Notes: generated by a model from the sequence alone, not told the origin. Positions 38,693 to 56,420 are shown, numbered from the stretch's first letter. The stretch is DNA of 64,000 bases from the human T2T-CHM13v2.0 reference genome, Homo sapiens (GCF_009914755.1 NC_060940.1), one strand, 5' to 3'. Numbers and translations are program-made.

Positions 38693-38858
38693 GTAGGGCC
38701 TGCAACAGTTTGTCAGGGTATTGGGAATGGTAAGGAACCATTCCTGAGCACCTGGGCAGTGCCCAGGAAACCCTTGGGGAGAGGGAAGTCAGTGCCAGGC
38801 TAAACTCCTTTGTCAAGCTGCAGTGTTCTAGTGACTAACCCATTGCCAGATTGAGTGA

Positions 38859-39251
<393 letters not shown>

Positions 39252-40451
39252 TAGCCAGGATGGTCTCCATCTCCTGACCTCATGATCCGCCTGCCTCGGC
39301 CTCCCAAAGTGCTGGGATTATAGGCATGAGCCACCGCGCCCGGCCTACGCCCGGCTAATTTTTTGTATTTTTAGTAGAGTCGGAGTTTCACCGTGTTAGC
39401 CAGGATGGTCTCGATCTCCTGACCTCGTGATCTGCCTGCCTCGGCCTCCGAAAATCCTGGAATTAAAGGTGTGAGCCACCGTGCCGGGCTTTTTTTTTTT
39501 TTTTTTTTTTTTGAGACAGAGTCTCTCTCTGTCACCCAGGCTGGAGTGCAGTGGCGTGATCTGGCTCATTGCAACCTCCACCTCCCAGGTTCAAGCGATT
39601 CTCCTGCCTCAGCCTCCTGAGTAGCTGGGGTTACAGGTCTGCACTACCATGCCTAGCTAATGTTTGTTATTTTTAGTAGAGGCGGATTTCGCCATGTTGG
39701 CCAGGCTGGTCTCGAACTCCTGACCTTAAGTGATCCGCCCTGCCCCCGCTTGGCCTCCCAAAGTGTTGGGATTACAGGCGTGAGCCACCGTTCCCAGCCT
39801 GTTTGTTTTTTGTTTTTTTTTAAATGGTGATGTTTTTGTCCTTACTGTCTTTGAGTAGAATGGTACTGCTGATTGATCCCTGCTTGGATTTCTTCAACTT
39901 CATATTGTTGGTGTTTTCTCTCTCTGGTCTTCTTTGGCTCTTCCTTTTTCGCCCAACTTTTAAATCACAACATCTTTCAGCATTCTGATCTTTACTTTTT
40001 TTGTCTTCTCAGTCTGCATATCTCACAGGCCTACTCATTCCTAAGGCTTTGACTATTTCTTATGTGATAAAGACTCTCCAGTCTGTACTAAAATTCCTTG
40101 ACTTTCTAGATCACTTGACCTGTATTTAAATTTCTGATTTGCTATCATTAATTGAGAGTTCCTCTTGAACTCAACACTGTTCTAAGCTAGACATCTCTGG
40201 CCTTATAGCCTGTTATTTCTACTTCATCTTGGTCAATCACTATCATTCGGTAAACTAAGCTAGAAAACAGGAAGTCGGCCGGGCGCGGTGGCTCACGCCT
40301 GTAATCCCAGCACTTTGGGAGGCTGAGGCAGGCGGATCACGAGGTCAGGACATCAACACCATCCTGGCTAAAATGGTGAAACCCCGTCTCTACTAAAAAT
40401 ACAAAAAATTAGCCGGGCGCGGTGGCGGGTGCCTGTAGTCCCAGCTACTCA

Positions 40452-40595
<144 letters not shown>

Positions 40596-41058
40596 CTATT
40601 ACTTTTCCTTCATTTATCTCTGTTCCTTTACTTCTTCCATGTCACTGTAGACATTGATGACTGTGTCCTATTAGATTTTATCTTCTGAGATTACAGATTT
40701 GCCTTTTGTTTTATCTCCTGTCAAGGCCACAGTTTTTATTCTCCTCATCTTCTAGATTTATTTGCATCATCTTGTAAACTTAACAATTACTCCTCAAAAT
40801 CTAGTTTGAGTTTTCTATTCTGCGTAGTTGGTCTGCCCACAGTGCTTCCTTATATCACTTCCTGTGTCATGGTATCATTTTGTGTCTGTCTCCTTCAGCA
40901 GACAGCAGATCCCTTGAGGGCTTGCAGTTGACTCATCTTTGTGTGGTTGGTGTCTGATATGGTGTGCCGTATGACTCCATTAGTGTTTGCTGAGGGGCTT
41001 AGGCTGGGGCTCGGTGCCTGAGTTCTCCTGTTTAGCCTCCAGCTTAATTTGCTTTTAG

Positions 41059-41195
41059 GTTTTGAGGCCTTTTTTACTGCGCCGAGTTAAGGTGGATGTT
41101 GAGAAGCAGATGCCCAAAAAGTACGAGCATGTTATCCGCTGCAGGCTCTCCAAGCGTCAACGCTGTCTCTATGATGACTTCATGGCACAGACCAC
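41059..41195 (+). CDS. SRCAP: SRCAP exon 17
   Basis: VLRPFLLRRVKVDVEKQMPKK. Confidence 0.97.
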
Positions 41196-41285
41196 GTAAG
41201 GGAGGAAGGAGGGTGGGCCCTGGGACTCGAGATTGGAGTGTAGGTGGCTGTTAGGACGTCTCATTTATTTTTCCTCTTTCCCCAG

Positions 41286-41472
41286 AACTAAGGAGACACT
41301 AGCCACAGGCCATTTCATGAGCGTCATCAACATTTTGATGCAGCTGAGAAAAGTTTGCAATCATCCAAATCTGTTCGACCCTCGACCGGTTACCTCCCCT
41401 TTCATCACCCCAGGCATCTGCTTCAGCACCGCCTCTCTGGTGCTAAGGGCCACGGATGTCCATCCCCTCCAG
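41286..41472 (+). CDS. SRCAP: SRCAP exon 18
   Basis: INILMQLRKVCNHPNLF. Confidence 0.98.
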
Positions 41473-41615
41473 GTAAGTATGATTCCATTAATATGAAATG
41501 TAAAGGTTATCGGCATTACTCCAACCATGTACCTCTTTTCGTTAGACTGGGGTCTGACTTTTGCATCCTCATGACTCCCCTATCATTCCCTTAGTTTTAT
41601 TGTACTCTAGCCATG

Positions 41616-41833
41616 TGACTTAACGATGGTTCAACTTAATATTTTTTTGACTTCACTGTGAATTTATCAGGATGTAACCCCATCGTAAATTGAGGAGCAT
41701 CTGGACTTAGAATGATTCAGCTTACAATTTTTTACTTTTTGATGGGCTTATCAAGGGTATTAAAGGGTATTAAATTCTTTACTTGCTGAGGGTTTGTTGG
41801 AATGTAACCTCATTGTAAGTCCAGGAGCGTCTG
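41616..41833. mobile_element. MER47/Tigger5-like DNA transposon remnant
   Basis: Two copies of TIR-like gtaacc(c/t)cat(c/t)gtaa.t..aggagc.tctg (ending ~41703 and ~41833). Confidence 0.7.
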
Positions 41834-41837
41834 CATC

Positions 41838-43860
<2,023 letters not shown>

Positions 43861-44810
43861 CATCTTTGACACTGCATTGTGTTGTTATTACTACTTTTTT
43901 TTTTTTTTGATACAGAGTCTTACTCTGTCACCCAGGCTGGAGTACAATGGTGCAGTCTCAGCGCATTGCAACCTCTGCGTCTTGGGTTCAAGCGATTCTC
44001 GATTCTTGTGCCTCAGCTTCCTGAGCAGCTGGGACTACAGGTGTGCACAACCATGCTGGTTGTATTTTTAGTAGAGATGGGGTTTCACCATGTTGGCCAG
44101 GCTGGTCTCGAACTCCTGGCCTCAAGTGATCTGCCCACCTTGGCCTCCCAAGGTAGTAGGATTACAGGCATAAGCCATGGTGCCCCGCCTATTATTTATT
44201 TATTTATTTATTTATTTTTATTTTTTTTTTGAGATGGAGTCTCACTCTGTCACCCAGGCTGGAGTGCAGTGGCACGATCTTGGCTCACTGCAAGCTCCGC
44301 CCCTCCAGGTTTAAGCAATTCTCCATCTCAGCCTCCTGAGTAGCTGGGATTACAGGCACGTGCCACCACGCCTGGCTAATGTTTTGTATTTTTAGTAGAG
44401 ATGGGGTTTCACCATCTTGGCCAGGCTGGTCTTGAACTCCTGACCTCGTGATCCACCCGCCTCGGCCTCCAGAAGTGCTGGGATTACAGGCGTGAGCCAC
44501 CGCACCCGGCCTTTTTTTTTTTAATTTTGAGGCAGGGTCTTGTTCTGTGGCCCAGGCTGGGGTGCATTGGCATGATCATAGCTGACTGCAGCCTCAGCTC
44601 CCTGGGCTCAAGCAGTCCTCCCGCCTGAGCCTCCTGAGTAGCTGGGACTACAGGTACATGCTAACATGCCTGGCTAATTTTTGTATTTTCTGTAGAGACG
44701 GGGTCTTACTATGTTGCCTAGGGTGATCTCAAATTCCTGGGGTCACACAGTTCCCCAATCTTGGCCTCCCAGAGAGCTGGGATTACAGGTTTGAGCCACC
44801 GTGCCTAGCC

Positions 44811-45140
44811 TTTTATTTTGGAGTAAGGGTGTACATGTGCAGGTTTCTTAAATGGGGTATATTGCATGATGCTGAGGTTTGGCGTACGATTGATCCTGTT
44901 ACTCAGGTTGTGAGCATGGTACTCAACTGGTAGTTTTTCAGCCCCTTCCCCGCCACAGTCGTTTCTGGCGTATATTGTTCTCATCTTCATGTCCATGCGT
45001 ACCCAATGTTTAGCTCCCACTTGTGAGTGAGTACATGTGGTATTTGGTTTTCTGTTTCTGTGTTAATTCACTTAAGGATAATGGCCTCCAGCTACATCTG
45101 CGTTGCAAAGGATGTGATTTTGTTCTTCTTTATGACTGTG
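44811..45140 (-). mobile_element. L1PA(15/16)-like 3' end, antisense, abutting the exon 19 acceptor
   Basis: gtacatgtgcaggttt..acccaatgtttagctcccactt..ggataatggcctccagct..gttgcaaagga. Confidence 0.85.
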
Positions 45141-45158
45141 CTTTCTTTCTTGTGGCAG

Positions 45159-45328
45159 CGGATAGACATGGGTCGATTTGACCTTATTGGCCTGGAAGGT
45201 CGTGTCTCTCGATATGAGGCAGACACATTTCTGCCCCGGCACCGCCTCTCTCGCCGGGTACTGTTAGAAGTGGCTACTGCTCCTGACCCCCCACCCCGGC
45301 CCAAGCCAGTCAAGATGAAGGTCAACAG
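45159..45328 (+). CDS. SRCAP: SRCAP exon 19
   Basis: RIDMGRFDLIGLEGRVSRYE..KMKVN; AG/GT. Confidence 0.96.
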
Positions 45329-45709
45329 GTACAAGGACTAAGGAATGAGGGGATGGTTCCTAGAATAAGTGGCTGAAAGCTGCCCAGAGGGGCCTGGGGT
45401 GGGAAGAAAAGAGTTGGATGCAAGGCTGGAATATTTATATGGGATGGGTGCAAACGTGGAGGGAATCAGGGAGAGAATAACTAGAAGAGGGTACTGGGAT
45501 GGGCTTCTGTGTTAGTCACTTTTTCTCCCTTTCTCTCTGTTCGGTGCTTTCTGATTGTCTTAAATTCCTATTCCTTGTTCTCCTTTGGGTCTCTTTCCTT
45601 TTCTTTGCTTTTATAATCTGTCTCTCTGTTTCATTTTCTTCTTTTCTTTGATATTGCTACCCCTTATTCTCCTTCTGTCCCTACCCACTCTCTTAATTTT
45701 TTCTCACAG

Positions 45710-45975
45710 GATGCTGCAGCCAGTACCTAAGCAAGAAGGCCGGACAGTGGTGGTGGTGAACAACCCACGGGCGCCCCTGGGCCCTGTCCCAGTTCGACCT
45801 CCTCCAGGTCCTGAGCTCTCAGCCCAGCCCACCCCTGGCCCAGTCCCCCAAGTGCTGCCAGCATCACTGATGGTTTCAGCCTCACCTGCCGGGCCCCCGC
45901 TTATTCCTGCATCTCGGCCTCCTGGCCCTGTCCTCTTGCCTCCACTGCAGCCCAACAGTGGTTCTCTCCCCCAGG
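45710..45975 (+). CDS. SRCAP: SRCAP exon 20 (Pro-rich insert)
   Basis: RMLQPVPKQEGRTVVVVNN; AG/GT. Confidence 0.96.
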
Positions 45976-46185
45976 GTGAGTTGAAAGGGAGCCAAGGATG
46001 ATGCGTGGTGCTTCAGAAAGGTTGTTCAGACTGAGGAGGAAGTAGTGAAATTAAAGGGTTTGAGGAGCTGGGCTGGGGACAGGGGTCTAGTATTTGATGG
46101 GTTGGAAGGGAGTATGGAGGCTTCTGGCACCAGGCTAAGGCTTTAGTCAGGGTATATCTGACAGGTGTTTGCTTTGTGTCTGCAG

Positions 46186-46473
46186 TGTTGCCATCCCCCC
46201 TGGGGGTCCTGAGTGGGACCTCACGGCCTCCCACGCCAACCTTGTCCCTAAAGCCAACACCACCTGCCCCAGTTCGCCTGAGCCCAGCCCCACCTCCAGG
46301 CTCCTCTAGCCTGTTGAAGCCCCTGACAGTGCCACCAGGCTACACCTTCCCTCCTGCTGCTGCCACCACCACTTCTACCACCACGGCAACTGCTACCACC
46401 ACAGCAGTGCCAGCTCCGACTCCTGCACCACAGCGCCTCATTCTATCTCCCGATATGCAGGCTCGCCTGCCCT
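46186..46473 (+). CDS. SRCAP: SRCAP exon 21
   Basis: VLPSPLGVLSG..SPDMQARLP; 288 nt, phase 1-1. Confidence 0.95.
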
Positions 46474-47118
46474 GTAAGTTCCCAGGGCTCTGTGGTGAGG
46501 GACTTGAGATGGGAGGAAAGCTCAGGACCATGAGAGCATCAAATTTTAGGCAGCTGGGTCAGGCATGATGGCTCATGCCTATAATCCCGGTGCTTTGGGA
46601 GGCCAAGGTGGGAGGTTTGCTTCAGCCAGGAGTTTGGAGCTGCAGTGAGCCATGGTTACGCCACTGCAATCATGAGCAAGACCCTGTGTCAAAAAAAATT
46701 GAGGCAGCTAACATATGTTAGGCATTATGCCAGACATTGTCAGATCATAATTAAGAGCCCTTAAGAAATTGACATAGGGAGATGACACATAGATGAATAA
46801 ATAGTGGTAAGCCTAGCAGTAGAAAAGTATTGGGGTAAAAGGACAGTGTAGAGCAGATGGTGGTGATTAGCTCAGTCTGGTGGCAGGCCATGTTAGAGGA
46901 TATAAAAGAGATTGCTAAGCAAATGGGATTGGAAGGAGTAGCACATGAAAAGCTCAAAGGCTGTAGGTGGAGGCTGAGTTTATTGGGACATGGTAAATTG
47001 TGGGAAGGGCTTAGTTGTTTGAACTGGACACTCGGGGGAGAGGTGTGCTTCATGGGGTCTGTGAAGTGGTGTTGAGCAGGATGAGCCTTGTGTACAATAA
47101 GGCCTTCTCTGTTTTTAG

Positions 47119-47283
47119 CAGGCGAAGTGGTCAGCATCGGGCAGTTAGCCTCACTGGCACAACGTCCAGTGGCTAATGCAGGGGGAAGCAAACCTCTCAC
47201 CTTCCAAATCCAGGGCAACAAGCTGACTTTGACTGGTGCCCAGGTGCGCCAGCTTGCTGTGGGGCAGCCCCGCCCGCTGCAAA
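47119..47283 (+). CDS. SRCAP: SRCAP exon 22
   Basis: SGEVVSIGQLASLAQ..FQIQGNKLTLTGAQVRQ; 165 nt. Confidence 0.95.
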
Positions 47284-47559
47284 GTAGGTAAAACCCACCC
47301 CCTGTCCTGCCTTTTTCCTCCTCTTCCCTGTCTCTTTGTTTTTGTGACTTTTTTGAATGTCAGCCTTTATGTTTCTTACCCAAGCTTTTGGTGGGTGGGG
47401 CCAACGGGCATGGTTGGAGGGATCTTGGATAAAGATAGGGAAGAGGTCATTCTAGAGAATGTATTCCCTCTCTGTTCTTTTCTTCTCTTCTTGCCTTGCC
47501 TCTGCCCTCCTCAGGCTGATAGCTGCTTCTCTCTCTCTTTCTCTCTTCCCTTAACCCAG

Positions 47560-47745
47560 GGAATGTGGTGCACCTCGTGTCAGCAGGGGGGCAGCACCAT
47601 CTCATCAGCCAGCCTGCCCATGTGGCCCTCATCCAGGCCGTGGCCCCGACCCCTGGCCCTACCCCTGTCTCTGTGCTGCCTTCTTCGACCCCCAGCACCA
47701 CCCCTGCCCCTACTGGCCTCAGCCTTCCGCTTGCTGCTAACCAGG
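47560..47745 (+). CDS. SRCAP: SRCAP exon 23
   Basis: RNVVHLVSAGGQHHLISQP; 186 nt, phase 1-1. Confidence 0.93.
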
Positions 47746-47959
47746 GTGAGGCTCCTGGCCTTCCTACTTAGCCCTTGCTGGCCTTGGTCCTTCCAGGCAT
47801 GCGCTGGGCTACTGTCTGTCCAGCCTTCCCTCAGTGTTGTTTTCCCTTGCGAATATCTATGATACCTGTCTGCCACCTTCTCCTGCCCCTGGACTTCTTC
47901 CATTCTTTGGGTCTTTTGTTTCTTTTCTACCTTCCTCTCAGTGTAGCTTCCTCTTGCAG

Positions 47960-48226
47960 TGCCACCAACCATGGTGAATAATACAGGCGTGGTGAAGATT
48001 GTAGTGAGACAAGCCCCTCGGGATGGACTGACTCCTGTTCCTCCATTGGCCCCAGCACCCCGGCCTCCGAGCTCTGGGCTTCCAGCTGTGTTGAATCCAC
48101 GCCCCACGTTAACCCCTGGCCGGCTACCCACACCTACTCTGGGTACTGCTCGAGCCCCCATGCCCACACCCACTCTGGTGAGGCCTCTTCTCAAGCTGGT
48201 CCACAGTCCTTCACCTGAAGTCAGTG
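47960..48226 (+). CDS. SRCAP: SRCAP exon 24
   Basis: VPPTMVNNTGVVKIVVRQ; 267 nt. Confidence 0.95.
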
Positions 48227-48580
48227 GTGAGTCCAGGTGGCTGAGGCCAGAAATCCTTGCCAGGAATGGAGACGAGATGGGGTCGCCTCAAGGTTTCTTA
48301 GTTTTAGTACAGGTTTTTTCATATCAGCGTACTGCCTTGATTTGTAGTGGGCCCCAGAACTGGGCTGCCTGAGCCCTGACCTAATTTCAAGATCTATTTG
48401 CTGGAATCTTGGAGGGGAAGAAAATCTAAAGTTGTCAGATTACTTGGATGTTTGACTTCATGTTGTGGGAGTGAATGCCTTCTGGGAAATGGGAAGCTTG
48501 GGGGTATGGGAAAGATGGGACAGGGAGTAGAAAGGCTCAGGAAAAGAATTCTGGGGCTAACTCATCCTCTCTCTCCACAG

Positions 48581-50079
48581 CTTCAGCCCCCGGAGCTGCC
48601 CCCTTGACCATCTCTTCTCCTCTCCACGTGCCATCCTCACTCCCTGGGCCAGCCTCTTCTCCAATGCCAATTCCCAACTCCTCTCCCCTTGCTAGTCCTG
48701 TGTCCTCTACAGTCTCAGTTCCATTGTCATCTTCACTCCCCATCTCTGTCCCCACCACACTTCCTGCCCCAGCCTCGGCTCCACTCACCATCCCCATCTC
48801 AGCCCCCTTGACTGTTTCTGCTTCGGGCCCAGCTCTGTTGACCAGTGTGACTCCACCATTGGCACCTGTTGTCCCAGCGGCTCCTGGACCTCCCTCCTTG
48901 GCACCATCTGGTGCTTCCCCGTCAGCATCAGCCTTGACTCTAGGTTTGGCCACAGCTCCATCCCTGTCTTCATCTCAGACACCTGGTCACCCTCTGTTGT
49001 TGGCTCCCACCTCTTCACATGTTCCAGGGTTGAACTCAACCGTGGCCCCAGCATGCTCACCTGTCCTGGTGCCAGCTTCGGCTCTGGCCAGTCCTTTTCC
49101 GTCAGCACCAAATCCAGCTCCAGCTCAGGCTTCCCTTCTGGCTCCAGCATCTTCTGCATCTCAGGCTCTAGCCACCCCTCTGGCTCCTATGGCGGCTCCA
49201 CAGACAGCAATTCTGGCTCCTTCTCCAGCTCCTCCTCTGGCTCCTCTTCCGGTCCTGGCACCATCGCCAGGTGCTGCTCCTGTCCTGGCTTCATCACAGA
49301 CTCCGGTTCCAGTTATGGCTCCATCGTCTACTCCAGGAACCTCTTTAGCCTCAGCTTCACCGGTACCAGCTCCAACCCCTGTGTTGGCTCCATCATCAAC
49401 TCAAACTATGCTACCAGCCCCGGTTCCGTCACCTCTCCCGAGCCCGGCTTCTACGCAGACACTGGCCCTAGCCCCAGCTTTAGCACCCACTCTTGGAGGC
49501 TCATCTCCATCTCAGACACTCTCTTTGGGAACGGGGAACCCCCAGGGACCCTTTCCAACTCAGACATTGTCATTAACTCCAGCATCATCCCTGGTACCAA
49601 CTCCAGCCCAGACACTGTCTTTGGCACCAGGACCACCACTGGGTCCAACTCAGACGCTGTCTCTGGCTCCAGCACCCCCTCTGGCTCCAGCTTCTCCAGT
49701 GGGCCCAGCCCCAGCTCACACGCTGACTTTGGCTCCAGCATCGTCATCTGCTTCACTCCTGGCCCCAGCTTCAGTGCAGACACTGACCTTGAGCCCTGCC
49801 CCAGTTCCTACCCTGGGCCCGGCCGCAGCTCAGACCTTGGCGCTGGCCCCAGCCTCCACACAGTCCCCAGCTTCCCAGGCATCTTCCCTTGTGGTTTCGG
49901 CATCTGGTGCCGCTCCCTTGCCTGTCACCATGGTATCCCGGCTGCCTGTTTCCAAGGATGAGCCTGACACACTGACATTGCGCTCTGGTCCCCCCAGCCC
50001 TCCCTCCACTGCTACCTCGTTTGGTGGCCCCCGGCCTCGACGCCAGCCCCCCCCACCACCTCGTTCCCCTTTTTATCTG
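48581..50079 (+). CDS. SRCAP: SRCAP exon 25 (1499 nt, P/A/S/T-rich)
   Basis: ASAPGAAPLT..PPPRSPFYL; cAG| and CTG|GTAAGT. Confidence 0.97.
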
Positions 50080-50691
50080 GTAAGTTTTACTTCCTCAAGA
50101 GGGAACAGGAAGTTGAGTTTCTTTGGAGTGTTGGTAGGGTGGATGGAACAGTGATGTCACATTTAACCTGGTGAATTACAAAGCTTAATGTTATGGACCA
50201 AGTACTTGAGTGACATTTGGACAAGTCCCTTCTCTTCCCTGGGCGTGTACCTCATGATCCGCCTGCCTCAGCCTCCTGAAGTGTTAGGATTACAGGGGTG
50301 AGCCACCACGCCCGGCCTCTTTTCCCGTTTTTTAACCCGCACGGTAATAAATGGGCAGTAAAAGGAACTCTTCTCTGTCCCTTTTATGATTTCCGGTAGC
50401 TGTTTCTTTCCTGTACTATGTATATAGGCCCATGTCTGTGTAGTACTTGAGTTAAACTCACAGTTCAGCTTAAGTAAACCAGAACTAAGGAGAAGGAAGG
50501 TCCAGTGGGTCCCTCCACGCCCTCTGGCTTTTCCCCACTGTAATCAGAGCTGCTGCTTAGTCTTTGCTTCATGCCTACTCCCCCACCTTCCACCAGTGCC
50601 ATTGACTCCACCTTTGGTTTTTACCTGACCAGCCGCTAGGTTGGTCCTGGCTGGTTGGAAGTAGAGAGTAGAGGGATTGCTCTGCAAGTAG

Positions 50692-52400
<1,709 letters not shown>

Positions 52401-52526
52401 TTTTTTTGAGACAGTGTCTCACTTTGTCAATCAGGCTAGAGTGCAGTGGCACAGTCTCCGCTCATTGCAGCCTCCTGGGCTTAAGTGAACCTCCCATCTC
52501 AGCCCTCCGAGTAGCTGGGACTGTAG

Positions 52527-52676
<150 letters not shown>

Positions 52677-53962
52677 TAGCTGGGACTACAGGCTTGCACC
52701 ACCACGCCCAGCTAACTTTTTTGTAATTTTAGTAGAGATAGGGTTTCATCATGTTGGCCAGGATGGTCTTGATATCTTGAGCTCATGATCTGCCCGCCTC
52801 GGCCTCCCAAAGTGCTGGGATTACAGGTGTGAGCCACCGCGCCTGGCCCTTGTTTGTATTTTTTGTAGAGATGCGGTTTTGCCATGTTGCCCAAACTGGT
52901 CTTGAATAGGAGGCTCAAACCATCCACCTAGGCCTCCCAAAGTGCTGGGATTATAGGCTTGAGCCACTGCTCCTGGCCAGATTTTCTCTTTTTGCTACTA
53001 TTGGGAGCTAGCCTCAAAAGGAACTAGCTCTTTGAGTTTATTGGTTTTTCCGTCTGCTAGGACACCTTTTTTCCCTCACATAGAGCACTTCAAGCCAAGA
53101 GGTGAAACTTGGTAGCAGTCAGGAAGGAGATTTGGAACACTCCTCTTTTCACAACTATCTCTTGGGGTCTAGTCTCCCTCATTTGTTCATTTTGTTAACA
53201 GATAAATGTATTGAGAGCTTAATTGTGCTAGTTACTGAGTGATTATAGTGAGCAAGGCACAGTTCATGTTGTATGGGGCCTACCGTGTAGTGGATAGATA
53301 TTAGTTAAATAATCATACAGATGTGTAACTACAAGCATAATAAGTGATACAAAGAAGTTTTTCAGACTGTGAAACTGGAAGCACAAAGATGGGAAAGGAT
53401 TGGGTCAAAGTCATCCAGGTGTCCTCACTGCCGGGTTGCCCATTTTCTGTCTCAGAGTGATGAGACTCGGATGTCCGGTTAGCTGTTCCCATTCCACCCC
53501 ATTCCAGTCTGGCCCTTGGCAAAAACCTGGTCTGGATTTGATTGGCGCCTCTGTATCCTGGTCAGTGATTTGAAGAAGGCTATAGTCCTGGAGTTGAGTG
53601 TTACGTAGGAAAATACCCACAAATCGTCCATTCTATAAACTTGTTGGAATTGTAGATCTTAATTTTGAATATTCAGTCATTCTGCTTTGGTAGCATACAA
53701 GGAAAGATCAGTTTTCTCTAGGAGAGAAGTTACTTAACATAACTTCTGAGAAAGAATAGTTATTTAACATAAAAAAGAAAGTTATTTAACATAACTTCTG
53801 AGAAAGAATAGTTCTCACTGATAACTTGGAAAACTACAAAAAGCATAGTGTATTTTTGGATCCCATGGTTTCTATATATTTATTTCCATCTGGGAAGAAC
53901 AGTCAGGTTTTGATGTGGACTCTGAGGGTGCTGATTACTTCCTCTTTTTCTCTCACCCCCAG

Positions 53963-54228
53963 GACTCCCTGGAGGAAAAGCGGAAGCGGCAGCGGTCTGA
54001 ACGCCTGGAACGGATTTTCCAACTTAGTGAGGCTCATGGGGCCCTGGCACCTGTGTATGGGACTGAAGTCCTGGATTTCTGTACCCTGCCCCAACCTGTT
54101 GCCAGCCCCATCGGCCCTCGTTCTCCTGGCCCCAGCCACCCCACCTTTTGGACTTATACCGAGGCTGCCCACCGGGCTGTACTGTTTCCCCAGCAGCGAC
54201 TAGACCAGCTGTCAGAAATCATTGAGAG
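53963..54228 (+). CDS. SRCAP: SRCAP exon 26
   Basis: DSLEEKRKRQRSERLERIF; AG/GT. Confidence 0.97.
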
Positions 54229-54366
54229 GTTGGCAGGGCTAAGTGCTAATGGGGAGTGGGTCTTGGGGCCTCAGAGTGGATGTAGTGCTTAGGGCTGGTG
54301 AAGGTGTTAACTTCTGGGGCATTTCAGAGTCCCATCTTTTACACTGCCTGCTTCTTCCTTTCACAG

Positions 54367-54569
54367 GTTCATCTTTGTCATGCCTCCTGTGGAGGCACCT
54401 CCCCCTTCCCTGCATGCCTGCCACCCACCTCCTTGGCTGGCCCCACGTCAGGCAGCCTTCCAGGAGCAATTGGCCTCTGAGCTCTGGCCCCGGGCTCGTC
54501 CTTTGCACCGTATTGTGTGTAACATGCGCACCCAGTTCCCTGACTTAAGACTCATCCAGTATGATTGCG
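54367..54569 (+). CDS. SRCAP: SRCAP exon 27
   Basis: RFIFVMPPVEAP..FPDLRLIQYDC. Confidence 0.97.
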
Positions 54570-55284
54570 GTGAGTTTGTTGGCCAGTGTAGGACCCTTGA
54601 CTTCTCTTCTTTTCTTAGTATTAAGACTGTTGTATCAGAGGGATGCTGCACTTAAGTTCTCTTGCGATTTCTGTAAAGCTTTAGATGGTTTTTTAGGTTA
54701 TGCTTATGGGCAAGATAGAGAAATGTAAGCCTTGTTAGATTCTTGACATTCATAAATATGACTTTCTTCTTTTTTTTTATTTTGAGACAAAGTCTCGCTC
54801 AGTCGCCCAGGCTGGAGTGCAGTGCAGTGGTGCAGTCTCAGCTCACTGCAGCCTCCCAGGTTCAAGTGGTTGTCCCACCTCAGCCTCCAGAATAGCTGTG
54901 ATTACAGACATACGCCACCATGCCTGGCTAATTTTTGTATTTTTAGTAGAGATGGGATTTCGCCATGTTGGCCAGGTTGGTCTCGAACTACTGACCTCAA
55001 GCGATCCTCCCGCCTCAGCCTCCAAAGTGCTGGGATCACAGGCATGAGCCACCATGCCCGGCCATGAATTTGACTTTCATGAAAGTTGAAAATGTGCTGC
55101 TAACTCCTTCATTCAGTGATCATTTTGTGAACATGTTACATTTTGCTAATCATTTGGGATACAATAGCAAGTAAGACAGTGCAGCATAGAGTTTTTATTT
55201 AGCTGTATGGGAAAAGATGTCTGGTGGTACAAGACTGCACAGTAAGTAAACAGTAAATTTTGGTCTTGGAAAAGACAAGGACCT

Positions 55285-56420
<1,136 letters not shown>

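Noticed and set aside
41196-41285. Second 90-nt intron as an in-frame retention candidate
   Set aside because: Immediate in-frame TAA (ACG TAA)
47580-48194. 204-aa antisense ORF and other antisense ORFs over exons 24-25 and 34
   Set aside because: Shadow of Pro/Ala-rich sense codons
50347-50352. AATAAA after the large exon 25
   Set aside because: The exon 25 donor is strong (CTG|GTAAGT) and there is no clear downstream U/GU element; such hexamers are common
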